A stretch of DNA of 62,942 nt, the filler included, from Conidiobolus incongruus B7586 (lineage: Eukaryota), in NCBI GenBank assembly GCA_000697335.1. It is 16 parts of 16 records of this genome, joined end to end, with 100 filler letters (N's around TTAATTAATTAA, not from the genome) between each part and the next. Parts side by side here need not be neighbours in the genome. Positions count along the whole stretch, not along the records: positions 12,762 to 19,996 come from JNEM01007079.1; positions 20,097 to 22,080 come from JNEM01007080.1; positions 22,181 to 27,073 come from JNEM01007081.1; positions 27,174 to 29,640 come from JNEM01007082.1; 12 more parts are not named here. One strand, written 5' to 3'. Shown piece by piece: positions 12,762 through 27,203 of the stretch (positions within the stretch are counted from its first letter, which is position 1; each line of letters starts with the position of its first letter). The translations under genes were made by a program, and so were the position numbers. A model generated the notes under the pieces. The model was not told the origin of the DNA. It ran no database searches and saw only the letters and a list, made by a program, of their open reading frames with translations.

Positions 12762-15700
12762 TAGAGGAAAACTTAATATAAAAGTAATATAACATAGAAT
12801 TTAGTATTATAATATAATTATAGTGTATAAATGTAAAAAAAGTTTAATTAAGCTTTAAATTAGGATAAGTCACTAATATAGTAAGATTTATATTAGGTAA
12901 TGTTAATATATTATAATATTAATAAGATATAGTCTTAATCTTAAAAATAATGAAAAAAATAAAAGATAATAAAGATTAAGAGAAAAAGAAAAACCTAGTT
13001 TATTAAATAATTTAATATTATTTAAATTATTAATTTAACTATAAAAGTATATATAAAAATTTAAATGATTAATCTCTTAATATTTTTTTAATAGGTTTTT
13101 TAAAAGAAACATATTTTTTAAAATTTTTATAAATAGGTATAATAAGCTAAAATATTAAGAATATTTTTTAAAGGTTCTTATATAACTTTTTTAATAAAAT
13201 AACTCATTTATTTTATATAAAAATAAAGCTTATTCCTAATAAATTTAAATTTAATTATATAATCATTATAGTATTTGTTTTCTTTATCTTAATTAATAAT
13301 TAAATCTAGTTTTAAAGCTTTTAATTGATTAAGTATTAAAATCTTCAAATTAAGGTTTGATTTTAGATATGTGAAAGGTAAAGTTAATCCTCAAAGTTAA
13401 AAATAATTCCAAGGTAATATTTTCAAAATTTAAATTAATAGATTAAATTTCATAAGAACTATAATATAATAGCAAGTATTTTAGATTTAAGCTAAATTTA
13501 AGTAAGCTAAGTTTAAGGGTAGATTGTTCTAAATATTCAAATATATTAATTTTATATTAAAAAGGGTTCTTAAATAACTTTGAATATTATTGTTTTATAA
13601 TCTTTTAATTTTCTTCCAAGTTAAATTTAATAAGAGATTTAATATATTTGATATTAAATTAAAATTCAATAATATCTAAAAAAAAGTTAATTTAAAGTTT
13701 TAAAATAATTATTAATTTAGGATATTTATTATAATTAATAAAATAAAAGTTAAAACTTGTTGATTTATTGATTAAGCTGTTAAATAAATATTAAAGTTGG
13801 TAGATATAAGTATTTTAATTTAACTAATTACTGTTAATATAAGCTTTAATTATTTGTTTTAAGGTTTTAATAGTTTTTTCAGCAAGTTTATTAATTTAAT
13901 AATAATTGATAATAGATATAGTTAAATTAATCTTAAAGGAAAAAAATAGTAACTTTTAAAATTAAAAGTTGAATTATATTTCTTTATTAAATATAATAGT
14001 TTGTAAAATTTTATAATGGGTAAAAATATTAAAGAATAATAGTTATATAATATTATTAACTATAAAAGTTTTGAAACAAGGAATAAAATAAACATTTTTA
14101 AAGAATAAATCAATTATAATTAGTAAGTTATTATAACTAATTATTTATTTAAGAATTTTTATAAAGTTAAGTTGGATTTATTATTAAATTTTATTAGGGA
14201 CTAATAAGGGAATAAGTTTATATATTTTAGTTAGGTATTATATTTAATGCTATAGCATATATTACAAGTATTAATATATTTCTAAATTAATTTAACTAAA
14301 GAAAGTTAGTAATATCTTATTTTAATTTTTTTGTAGTTTTTATCTAGTTTTAAATTTTTCTAATAGGTAAATTATAATATTTATCAAATATTATTTGATA
14401 GATTTTAAAAGAATTAAGGACATATAAATAATTATAATAGTATAGTAAGTTATCAATGATTTTAAATCCTTTAACATATTTTAATTAGTTTTCTACTAGT
14501 TTAAATTGTTCTCTTTTAATTAAAATACAGAAATTATTATTTAATAGTATTCCTTAATATAATTTAATAAATTTTTTATTTCCTCTATTAATAATTATTA
14601 AGTTAATATATGCTAGATTTTTATAATTAGAATAAAAGGATAAATATATAAGATTTTTTAACAAGGTATCTATAATATAAATTTATTAACTTAAGAGATA
14701 TTGGATAAAAAAAATTAACTTAGATAGTTTTAATCTATTTAACTTATTTTCTTAATAAATACTTTTGAGTATTTAAGTAGATAAGTAATTTATGATTTGT
14801 AATTACTAAGAAAAAGCTGTAAGATAAGAAATATAAATGATTTTTGATTATTTCTACTAAAATGAAGAGTTTTTATTTATAAACTAGGTATTTTAGTTTA
14901 ATTACCTTTTTTTTTCTTAACAAAAATATTATAAGATTTAAGATATTGTTTATAAAGCTAAATTCAACTTATTCTCCCTTATTTATAATTTTATCTAATA
15001 GTTAAAAGGTAAAATATAAATTAAACTTAAATTAAGTTAACTATTTACTAATTATAAAAAACTAAAATTAATAAACATAATAGTAAATAGTTTAAAATTA
15101 AAAATAAATAAAGTAAAAGCATTAGTAATATAGAAAATTAAAGCATTTATGTAAAAGATATATAATAGGGTTTGTTCAAAAAAAGAGTTCTTTCTTAAGA
15201 GATTAATTAAAAAAATTATAAGTTTAACAAAAAAGTCAATGAAATCTTTAAAGTAATTTAACTATTTAAGCATAAATATAAGTTGATTTTTGTGTATAAG
15301 TATAATAAAGGTTTTTACACTATTGAGTTTAATTAAATTAATGTTAATTCTTTAAAAAAACAATATAACTATAAAAGGAGATAAAAGAAGCACTAAAAAT
15401 ATATTTTAATAGTTTTTAAAGTGATTTATATTCTTGAATAATTTGTAAAACTTAATTAATATATTAGATATATTCTTTTTTAATTTTTGAATAGATTAAG
15501 ATATTATTAAGATAAGTAATAATAAAGCTATTAAAAATAGTGTTAAAAAGGGAATTCATAAATTAAGTAAAAGTTACAAAGATATTATATTATTTAAATT
15601 TTATAATAGTAAATTTATAGTAATTTAGTAAAATATTAAAAAAATTAAAAAAATAAAATTTTCTTCAACTCTAAAATTATAATAACTATTTCTAATATCA

Positions 15701-18700
15701 AATTTAATGAATATGATAGATTTAAGTAGTTTATCTTTAATATTATATAGGTTGAATAATAAAGTTTTATCCATAATAGTTTTTAAGTTTAAAATATAAT
15801 TATTAATATATAATTTTTAACCATCATCAACCTTTTGTATAAGGAGAATAAGAGATTTTTATAATGAGGAAAAAAGTTTAATATGTTTATTTTCATGTAA
15901 TTTTTAAAATTCTTTTTTTAAAGTTTGATATTATTTAAGAGATAAATGATAGATAAGCTTTAAGTATAATTGTATACTTAAAAGAAGTTTAATTTTATAT
16001 TTAATATTATTTTTAATAGCTAATTTACTTATAAGTTTAAAAACATTAATATTAACTTATTATATTATATAAAAAATGATCATTAATTATAACCTTATTG
16101 AAATTAATAAATAAAATATTAATAAATAAATAATAAATAAATATATATCCATATAAATTATTAAAGTTATTAATTAGTTTTTTATACACTAACCTGCAAA
16201 AGTGAGTTATAAAATCAAAAACACCTATATTTTTACTAATAACTTGATTAATATCTAATTAAATAAACCTAAATTAAATAATTAAAATCTATTATATTTA
16301 TTAGTTATATATATCATTAAATGATGATATTTAGCTATTAATTGGCTAAAATATAAACCTTTAAATTTTACCTAAGGTGAGTTATAAATTTGTGGGTTTT
16401 TGTTGATAAAAAAAAATTAAAACCTAATGTATCTACCTTTAGCTTTTCTAACTTCTTTAAGTTTGTGGGGTATAGAATCAACTAACTTCTTACACTAGGA
16501 AGGGTTAATCTTGTTCTATGCTTCTTGAATATATTCCTAAAGTTGATCTAAATTTTTTACTGGGGGGAAAGCTTTAATAGCTTTTTTTAACTAATCCTAA
16601 AGGTATTTAATTAGATTAAGGTTAGCAGATTGAGGAAACCACTTCATAACTATTATCTTGTTATTTTTAAGCTATTTGGTAGTAGAAGTTGTAATATAAC
16701 AAGAGGTATTATCTTACTAGAAAATAACATTAGATTTGTTTAACCTATATAATTTAATGGTTTTTTTCAATTCATTGTTTAGAATACTTTAGTACATTTT
16801 AGCATTAATTCCCCCATTAACTTTATAAAGATACCTTATACCTGAAGACAATATATATCCCCAAACAATAATTGACCCACCACTATACTTTTGGGTAGAA
16901 TTAACCTGATGGTCACAAAGTAGTTCTACATCTTTTTTGAAGTATCTAGCTTTTTTATCAAATCTACTAAAGTATATTTTTGTTTCATTAAACTAAATAA
17001 CCTTACTCTAATCAATTTCAATTCAACATTAGTGGCAACATTTAAACTCTTGCCTAGCTTTACAGTAAGATTTCTTTAGTTGGGGGTGTTTTTTCTTAAA
17101 GTGTAAGTGGTATCTATGCTAACATAAAGTACATATAATAGTATCAGTGCTAACTAATATTCTTGTATAGTCTTATAATTCCTGTTGTATTTCTACAGTA
17201 GTACTACACTTGCCTATATTAACCAACCTACAGATATACTTCTCATCATGTTCATCTATAATCCTAACACACTTAAGTTTAAGTTTAAATGTTTCTTTAT
17301 TGCTATTCTTAACAACCTTAGCTATAGTAGACTAGCTAACACTAGTAATTCTAGCAATATCACAAGTTGATTTACCTTTTTTATAAAGTTAATTAATGTG
17401 CAAGTGGATTTTTTTAGAGAGGGATTTAAGTATAATGATACTAATAAAAAAAATTAGTATATCTGTAAAATATTATATAAAATAATAGCAAAGAGAGAAA
17501 AAAGATGGTTATATATTGTTAAATATATCCCCTTATCTTAAAAACCTGCAAATTTATAACTCACCTTGGTTAAATATTAAAGGTTAATATTTTTGCTAAT
17601 AGTTTACTAAATATATCTAAATATATTTATCTATTATTAAATAATATACCTTAATTATATATTATAGTTTCAAGTAATCTAATATATACAATTGTTTTAG
17701 TTATTAATTAAAATATATATATTTTTGATTTTATGACTCACTTTTACAGGTTAGTATATTAGTTTTTATTTATAATAATAGAATTATTTGACATAATTAT
17801 AAAGTTAGTATTAGGTAAAATATTTAATATTTTTATAATAGGGTAATATAAGTTTTTTGAGATTAATTCTATTAATTTTTTTTATATAAATAAAATAAAT
17901 TTGTAACTTTTTAGAGTAATATTTATAGATAAAAAATTATAATACTCAAACTAATTTTAACCTAATATAAAATTATAACTAATATTATTAAGTAAGAATT
18001 TAATATATTAAGAGTAGTTAAGAAATAATGATAGGCATTTAAATATAGTATTAAATGTTTATTTTCTTAAATTATTAATATATTTAATTATTAAATTATT
18101 TTTTTATATAGATAAAGATAGTTTTGTAAAAATAAATGAGGTAATAATACAATTAGAATAATTAAAGTTAATCAAAACAATAACAAGTATATTTATAAAA
18201 TATCTAGTTAAAACAAATAATAAAGTGATAATTAAAGGTAAAAAATTATAAATAGATTAATTACTATAATATTTTTAATTTCTAATGGTTTAATTAGTTA
18301 AATTTCTCTAATATATATAATTTAATCTGTAGAATTATTAGTCTATTTCAACCTTTGTGAATTAGATTAAAATCTATAAATTAATTATACAAGAAGTGAT
18401 TTTAAGAAAAAATTAATATTTTTCAAGTTTAATTTATTGTTGGTTGATTAAAATTATTGAAAGTTAAATAAATATTACTTTTTAAAAAGATACTTATTAG
18501 CTTTATAATTAACTTATTTTTTCAACAATAGTAATAAATTTTATCTATTCTTAAGTAAGTTTTAACTTCTTTATTAAAGGTTTTCTTATAAAGTTTTAAA
18601 GTAGAAACATTTATTATTTAAAATTTAAATAAGTTATAATAATTTTTAAAAATTAATTTTTAAAATAAAAAGATTTAATTATAAAATAAAAGATATCATC

Positions 18701-19944
18701 AATTATAATTATTATATTATAAATGTTAAAAAAAAAATATTATTTAAATTATTCCCTATTAACAAATTAGAATTTTACTTAAGGGTTAAGGTATTATAAT
18801 AACTTGTAGATTTATTCTTCTTCAGTAATATTTAATATATTTAAACAAATTTCATTAAATTTCTAAATTAATTACCTTGTAGAAGTTTTTTATTTAAGTT
18901 AAGAAAGCTTTTCTCTGGTTATTCAAACTTAATCTTTTAAGTAATAACTTTTTTTAAAGGTTTTTTCTAATTTTTTAAAGGTTTATATTTTTATAATAAG
19001 TTATCCCCTTAAAAACTCTTTAAGATTAATATATAATAAGTTAACTACTAAATATAAATAGATTTTTCTAAAAAAAAGTTGTTAATTTAAAAATATTCTT
19101 TAAATCTTCATTAGGAATTAAATTAAAATAATTCTTTATATTTTTAAAATAGTTTTCTAGCTTATAAAGGTTTATAAAAATTATTATAAGTGGTTAATTT
19201 ATTATTAATAATATTAAAGAAGTAGTTTAATATATTTACTATAGTAAAATAACTAGTTTATTAGATTTAAATTTTAAGTTATGTTTTTCTTAACTAAAAA
19301 TTGTTTAATATAAGTCTTTGAGAGGGTAACAAGCTTTTAAAAACTAAAGTATTAGACTCACTTAGTAATTAAACTATTGTTATTATTAAAATAATATGAA
19401 GGTATCTTTTTGTTAATAATATTATAATGTATAATTTTAAATTAAAGTAAAATAGATTATGAATAAAATCTAAAATAATAATAAATAAGTTGAATATAAG
19501 TAATTATTAGTATTTAATAGGTTTTTAATAATTTTATAATTGCTAATATATAAACATAGAATGAATACTAATATTATATAGAGAAAAACTTAATATAAAA
19601 GAAATGTGATATAAAATAAAATACAATAATATAGCTATATTATGTAAATATAAGCAAAGTTTAATTAAGTTTGAAATTAAAATAAGTCATTAATATATTA
19701 GAATTTATATTAGGTAATATTAATATATTATAATATTAATAGAATATAGTCTTAATTTTAAAAATAATGAAAAAGATAAAAAATAGTAAAAATTAAAAGA
19801 AAAAGAAAAACCTAGTTTATTAGATTATTTAATAGTATTTATATAATTAATTTAGTTATAAAAGTATAGATTAATTATATAAATTATACTTAATTGAATT
19901 ATATAAAGATATATATAAAAATTTAAAGAACTATTTTTTTAACA
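12762..19944 (-). mobile_element. Ty3/Gypsy chromovirus LTR retrotransposon, heavily mutated, interrupted by a Tc1 copy
   Basis: Direct repeats at 12762-13082 (gap-truncated) and ~19572-19944 are the LTRs. Minus-strand relics in Gypsy order: protease VLINFNYS (LIDSG) ~18170; RT TYLNNILIYS (YLDD) 15517-15488; RNase H INAL (TDAS) ~15140 and SNYKNLAY (SDHKNL) ~14620; integrase YY*LSLVK...TCNIC and INKLAEKTIKTLKQ (TDGLAER) ~14330-13850; chromodomain YIK*MSY...I*EPLKNI 13240-13160. Confidence 0.85.
16187..17756 (-). mobile_element. Tc1-like DD34E transposon subfamily A1, full length, inserted into Gypsy pol between protease and RT
   Basis: TA|CACTAACCTGCAAAAGTGAGTTATAAAATCAAAAA...TTTTTGATTTTATGACTCACTTTTACAGGTTAGTA|TA, 1570 bp. 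The dead ORF 17433-16417 (339 codons) retains GGSIIVWG and KWFPQSANLNLI. Confidence 0.92.
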
Positions 19945-20096
19945 ATTATAGTTAAAGTTATTAAAAATTATAATAATAATATATCTAAATTTAAACNNNN
20001 NNNNNNNNNNNNNNNNNNNNNNNNNNNNNNNNNNNNNNNNTTAATTAATTAANNNNNNNNNNNNNNNNNNNNNNNNNNNNNNNNNNNNNNNNNNNN

Positions 20097-21019
20097 AAAA
20101 TAATTATAATTTTCATTTAAATTATTAAAAAAGTCAAAAAATATATTAACAAATGTCATTTTATTTTAGCTAGAGAATTACCAAAATATTGAAATATTAA
20201 TTATATTAGTAATTTATAAATATTAAAATTTAAATTTAAATAAATTAATCAAAATATAAATAGTTATTTTATAATTTAATTAAAGGTCAAAAAAAAAATA
20301 AAATAGCTATTGCTAAACAAAACTTATTAAGATATAATGAGAAACCAATGTTTTTTTAACATATTATTATAATTATTAAATTTTGGATCTTTTTGTAAAA
20401 TCCTTTATTAAAATATAAATCAAAATGCTAGATTAATCCAAATCAACCCTTTTTATAAATTCTTTCAAATAAATATTATATTGATATATAAATATTAATT
20501 ATTAATTTAGATTATAATATTATATTCTATTTTTATTAATTTTTGAACGGAAAATAAATTAATAATAAATTTTATATTATTTATTTAAATAAAATTATTT
20601 TTAATTTATATTTTAATATAATTAATAAAGATATATTATTTTATATAATAATTGCAAAATAAATAAAGCTAAATTTAAACAAAATTCCTAATCATAAATA
20701 ACTATAAAGAACTAATATATCTAATATATTCTATAGATTATAACCTATATTATTATAATTATTTTAGGTAATTAAAAAATTAGCTTATAGAAAAAAAAAT
20801 TTTGCAAGAAAATTTAATTAATTGATAAAATATCAAATATCAGATCTTAATAAAAAAACTATTTTTAGGTCTTAGAACTTTGCTAAAAATATAGAAAAAA
20901 GTAATTAATAAAAAAGAAATTATTAATTTTATATTACATATTAATTTTTACTTTTATATATTAAAATATTTAATTTTTTATGAATTAGAAAACAAATAAT
21001 TTTTAACTTTTAAAGGTAA
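20097..21019 (+). mobile_element. Mariner fragment (internal and 3' part)
   Basis: Collinear with 11222-12540 (AATCAACCCT, GATTATAACC, ...TTATTAATTTTATATT). Starts at a gap; boundaries approximate. Confidence 0.65.
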
Positions 21020-21119
21020 ATTTTAAGCTTATAAGATTATTATATTTAAGATAATCTTAAATGAATATCAAATTATAATATATATTATAAATTATTAATT
21101 TATTATATTAATAATATTT

Positions 21120-21712
21120 AAAAATTTTTTTTATTAATAGGAATAATTTTGCAATTAACAATAAATTAATATTTTAATAAATAATATATAAAAATTAATA
21201 TATAATATAAATTTAATAGTTTTCGTTAATATTAATAATTTTTTGCTATATTTTTGCAAAGATATAATACCCAAAAAAGTTCTTTTAATTAAAATTTAAA
21301 ATTTAATATAATACAAATTAATTAAATTTTGTTTCAAAAATTTTTTTTCTAGTAAGCTGGTTTTTTAATTACTTAAAGCAATTATAATCACTTATATTAA
21401 AATCTAAGGAGTATATTCAATATGATGGTTTTTTCCAGTTATTTTTAATTAGAAAGTTTTTTATAGCTTTAGATTGATATATTTTGCAATTATTTTGTAA
21501 AATAATATTTTTTTAAATTATAATAAAAATATCAATTAGTAATATTTTAATTTAAAAAAATCAATATAAAGCTTAATATTAATTGAACTTCCTTCAGAAA
21601 CTAAATAAAAGTAGCATATAATATTATAATCCATTATAATGATTAATATTCATTTATTAACAAAATATTTATTTAAAAAGATATATAAAAGGGGTTGATT
21701 TAGTTTAATCTA
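21120..21712 (-). mobile_element. Mariner 3' fragment interrupted by a younger mariner
   Basis: Collinear with 7171-7760 and ends at the TA where the 21713 copy begins. Confidence 0.6.
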
Positions 21713-22080
21713 TTACTTTGTAATTTAAATAATGGGAATTTTTTGCGATTGAAAAAAAATAAACATTTTAATATATACAAAGTAAAAATAAATATATAAT
21801 ATAAAATTAATAATTTCCTTTATTTCTAATAACTTTTTGCTATACTTTTGGCAAAGATCTAACACCTAAAAAACAATTCTTTTTATTAAGGACTGAAATT
21901 TGATGTTTCACAAACCAATTAAATTTTCCTGCAGAAATTTTCTTTCCTGCAAGCTGGTTTTTTAATTGCCCAAAACAATTATAATCACATGGGTTATAAT
22001 CTGGGGAATATACTGGATGTGGTAGTTCTTTCCAGTTATTTTTAATTAGAAAGATTTTTACAACTTTAGATTTATGTATT
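21713..22080 (-). mobile_element. Mariner B2 3' end, almost unmutated, truncated by gap
   Basis: Minus strand translates NWKELPHPVYSPDYNPCDYNCFGQLKNQLAGKKISAGKFNWFVKHQISVLNKKNCFLGVRSLPKV*QKVIRNKGNY*. The TIR begins after TA at 21711-21712. Confidence 0.9.
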
Positions 22081-25000
22081 NNNNNNNNNNNNNNNNNNNN
22101 NNNNNNNNNNNNNNNNNNNNNNNNTTAATTAATTAANNNNNNNNNNNNNNNNNNNNNNNNNNNNNNNNNNNNNNNNNNNNTAATATAAATTTAATATAAA
22201 TTGGAATCAATCATAATTTTCTATTATTAAGATAACTATTTTTGATTTGAATTTATATTTTATTAATATAAATAATATTTAATATTAATCATATTAAATA
22301 TTTTAAGATATTTTAATATATTATTATATTAAACTGTATATATAATAATTAGGTCCATTAGAGGGGATACTAATATATTTACTTTCAAAATAAATATAAT
22401 ATTTTATGTTTAGAATTAAATGGAATTTAATAATGATTTAAAAATGATTATTTTATAATAATTTTATATTATTAATAATCAAACGAAATGAATTAAATAT
22501 AATTTTCTTAGAATTTCTCAGATATTTTGTGATTAAAACAAAATTAAATCATATTTATTCTATAATTTGATTTATATTAAAACCTTTTATTAATATCAAA
22601 TATTCAAAAAAACATTATAATATAGATTAAAAATAAATTTATTAATTAAAAGTATTTTAAATATTTTCCTAATTAACATTGGATAATTAAAATTAAATAA
22701 TTTAAAAACAATAAGTATAATAAATTTGAAAATACTAAATTTTGAAATTAGGTCAATTTATTTACAAATATAAATCTATTTATAAAAAAATTAATAATAT
22801 AAGATATTTATAAAGAGTTAATTATGATTTGCATAATATAAACTTTTAAAATTTTAGTATATAAGTCAAAAGTGTTTTAAAATAATTATATATATATTTC
22901 AATTGATTTATTTTTGTAGTATTTAAATATAGTTTATAATTTATCATTAGGTAAATTAAATAATCTAATCAAATTACAAAGGTTTATTAAATGAAAAGAA
23001 AAACTAATAATATTAATATCGAATAATAATATATTAATTTAAATATTAAAAATAATTTATTAACTAGTGGTTATGATAAAATAATTTATTTTTAAAATTT
23101 TATTTAAAATATGAATAAATGTATATCAATTAATATTGAAATAAATTAATTACTCTCATTTATATATTAGAATTATAAAATGAAAAATTAAAATATTATC
23201 GAGTTTGTAATATGATTTAATAAATAATATATCTTTAAATTAAACTGGATGAATGTGATTTTAATAATTATTTTATAGATATTATTAATGTTTGATAATT
23301 GATGATCAAACATTAATATCAAAAATAAAGAACATAAATATATATTTGTATGATAATATAAAATATCATTAAACACGAAAGAAAAATTTGAATATTGATT
23401 GAATTTATCAAATTGTGATTATTATATTTCATGTGAATGATAAATAAATATATATTATTTTAGCAAATAACATTGATAACTATATTGATTTACTTTGATT
23501 TTCAAAATTAACGATCATTGTCATTATTGACATCGCTAGACTATTACCAAAGTAAAGTTATTCAAATATTAGCAATGAAATTAATATTGTACTTAATATA
23601 AACAATTATAAAAATTGAATATACTAATTTAACCCAAAATATATAAGTAAATTATTAGGGTTAATATTTTTATTTTGTAATATCATTTTATTATCTAAAT
23701 ATAATAAATTGAATAATTATACAATTGGCAAAAAAAATTAAATTAATTTTGATAAATTTTTTAAATTATGAATTAATATTTCTCTAATTCAATAATAGAT
23801 GTTTCTATAAAACCTTGGCAAAAAGTTATTATCAAGATTAATAAAATTAATAAACTCAATTATATAAATATATAGAATAGATAATATTATTATGGATATA
23901 TAGTTAAATATTTTTCATGTATTTGCTTAAAAATTATATATTAATTATAAATTGAATAAATTAATTTTTTTCTCTGTAAATTAAAATTTTTAATTGATGT
24001 ATTTATTTTATGAAATTTTTAGTTTAGAACCAATAATATATAATTTGAATAAAAATAATTCCCATATTATTCTGATTTATTTTGAAATTCAAATTAATTA
24101 AAATTAAATATATTAAAATTCAAATCAATTGTAAAAGATTTTTATAAGTAATATTTTGTTGATATTAATTAAAATTTTTAATCTATTTATAGAATTTTTT
24201 TTTCGTTAGAGTTTATAAAGTTAAGGAATTTTTAAATTTAAGAATAAAATGTTAAAATTAAAATTTTATTTATTTCTAAATTAAAAATATATTAATCAAT
24301 TTTCAGATAATTGAGCAAAATTACTTTCAAAATATAATTTAAGTGATATTATTTCAAATTTAAATTATTATTTGTTTATACTAAAATTAAAAAGAAAAGT
24401 ATATTTAATTTTATATTTTAATCTTTTATGATTTTATTCAATTATATTATTTTATATAATTAATGTATATCTTGGAAAAAAATTCTATATAATTAATTCA
24501 AATTTTATGAATACATTTAAAATTAAACAAATAGTAATAATTTAATTAATCTTAAAATAATTTTCTTTTACTATTTTTAGAGTTAATTGTTTATGAATAA
24601 ATTTTTTTAATTTAAATACAATTTACACTATATTGCTGATTAAACAAAAATAAATAAATTTATATTTATTAACTTTTATTATTTAGTTCAATTTTAATGA
24701 ATATAAGGTTTTATATAAAAATATCATAATATTTTATTTTCATAAAATTGTTAAGAATTAATAACAAAATAAAAACAATATATTAATATAATCAATTTTA
24801 ATATTATGATCAATGATTCATAATATCTCTAATTTTTTGTTAAAATTGATTTTATGATATGAATAAGGTTTTATTGTGGTTATATAAAATAATTCTAATT
24901 TTTTTAGTAGAATAAATAAAATTTTTTTAAAACGATATTTGTTAAAATAATGAGGTTAAATTTGAAAATTCAGAATTGTTTGATTTACCCTGAGGAATAT

Positions 25001-27203
25001 AATTATTTAAATTCCTATATATTTATAAAAATAATTTATATAAAATTAAAATTTTAATTTAATATTCATATTTATATTTTATTGTTATTATAATTAAAAT
25101 TTATATTATCCTATTATCAAATTTATAACAAATTGAATTTGATATAAGTTAATAAATATGAATAATAAAAATAAAGATTTATAAAGTTATATATTACTCT
25201 CAAGATTACTTAACTTCATAACTAATTATTTTAAATAAAATATCAACTTATTATTCATTAAAATACTATATAAATATATTAAATATCAAATTAAACAATT
25301 TAATATAATATTATATTTTTTGTTGATAAAATAATTATTATTAATTTCTATTTTATTTAATTAAGGATTATTTGAACAAATTTTGGTAATATATGAATAT
25401 CAAAAATCAATTTATTGATTGTTAATTATCACTTTTATTGTATTTAAAATTTGCAATTCAAACTTGATATTAAAATATATTTTTGTTAAATGATATTTTA
25501 ATTTATTGGAAAAATATATATTAAAAATTAAGTATTAAATGTAAATTTAATATTATATGAATAATGTTATTTAATATTTTATTAACAAATAATTCTTGTT
25601 TCAATCACAATATATCATTGATTATAATACAATAATTAGTCCAATATCAATTTAATAAGTTATTATTCTTAATAATATTGAATATAAAAATTAATTAAAT
25701 ATATACTTATTTTTAATTTATTAAACAAGAAATATATTCATACATCTAAATTACATATTTAATTTAATAATATATTCAAACTTTGAAATGATTTTTAATC
25801 AAATATTAAATCAGACAAATTAATTATTGTAATTTTAAATATTTGAATTAATGTGAGAAAAAAAATTTTCAAATAATTTTTTTAGTTTTGTTAATAATAA
25901 AAATTTTATTACGAAAAAATATTCTTCAGAATTATATTAATTGATATTATTAATTTTTTTGGTTATTTTGCATAAATATATCAAATAACATAATTATATT
26001 ATTATATATATATCTTATTAATTTAAATTTCATAAGATATTCTTCAAAGATATTGAGTTATATTAATATATTATAATAAATACTTAGGTTATTGACTTTA
26101 TTTATCAATAGATAAAAAGAATATATATAAAAAGTTCTCAAAATATCATTATCAACATATATATATTACAATTGAAAAATATTTTAATTTATTTCAATAT
26201 TTTTCAATTATTTAAAAAATAAATTCATATTTGCAGTTTAATATTCACAAATTCAAATATATAATTTATCAAAAGATAATAATTAAATAATTTTTGATAT
26301 AATTTCAAATTTAAACAGATTTGTTGATATATTAAAACAATGATAAATTATTATGAAATTATGATATATCAATATATTTTATATTATTTTTTGCTATTTT
26401 TTAATTTTACATTTATTCCCGAAGTAACATATCATATAAATCTAAATATCAATTTTAAATATAAAATATATTTCAATAATTTATTAAAAATCAGTATATT
26501 CTTATTTGTTTATCAAGTTTAATATGAAAAGTATATTTTATTTGAATATTCAAACAATAATTCATATTTTTCAATTTTTTATTTTAGTAGAAAAACAAAT
26601 TTTATATACAAAAATTGTTGATCAGGATCAAATATAATATCATTAAATTTTTATTAATACAAAATTTAATTATAAAATTATAGCAAAATATTTACAAATT
26701 TTAATAGAATATATTAATATTTAATATAATTTTGAATTTTATTAACCAATAAATTCAAATTGTATTATCAACTCTAGCAAAAATATGAAAAATATTTAAT
26801 AATTGATAATTTTGATTTTTGTAATAAATTTTTTTCAAATATTGATTATAAATAATATAAATCTTTTATGTACAAAATTATAATATTGATATTAATGTAT
26901 TCAATAAAAATTTTTTTATTGAAATTAGCTAAATTAATTGTTATAATTAATATTAATAATATAACCTTTTGATTTTGTTAAAATTTACATTACTATTATT
27001 TTATTATCACCTAAATGAATAATATATTATTTTTTTATTATTTTATTAATTTGAAAATTTTATTTGAATATATNNNNNNNNNNNNNNNNNNNNNNNNNNN
27101 NNNNNNNNNNNNNNNNNTTAATTAATTAANNNNNNNNNNNNNNNNNNNNNNNNNNNNNNNNNNNNNNNNNNNNAAGTTAATTTTAATTAATTACTAATTA
27201 ATA

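Noticed and set aside
17185..17370. Family of similar small ORFs (MYFYSSTTLAY...; also 35641-35835, 45381-45566, 51168-51356)
   Set aside because: They are antisense frames inside Tc1 copies. The similarity reflects the repeat, and they mostly begin at non-ATG codons.
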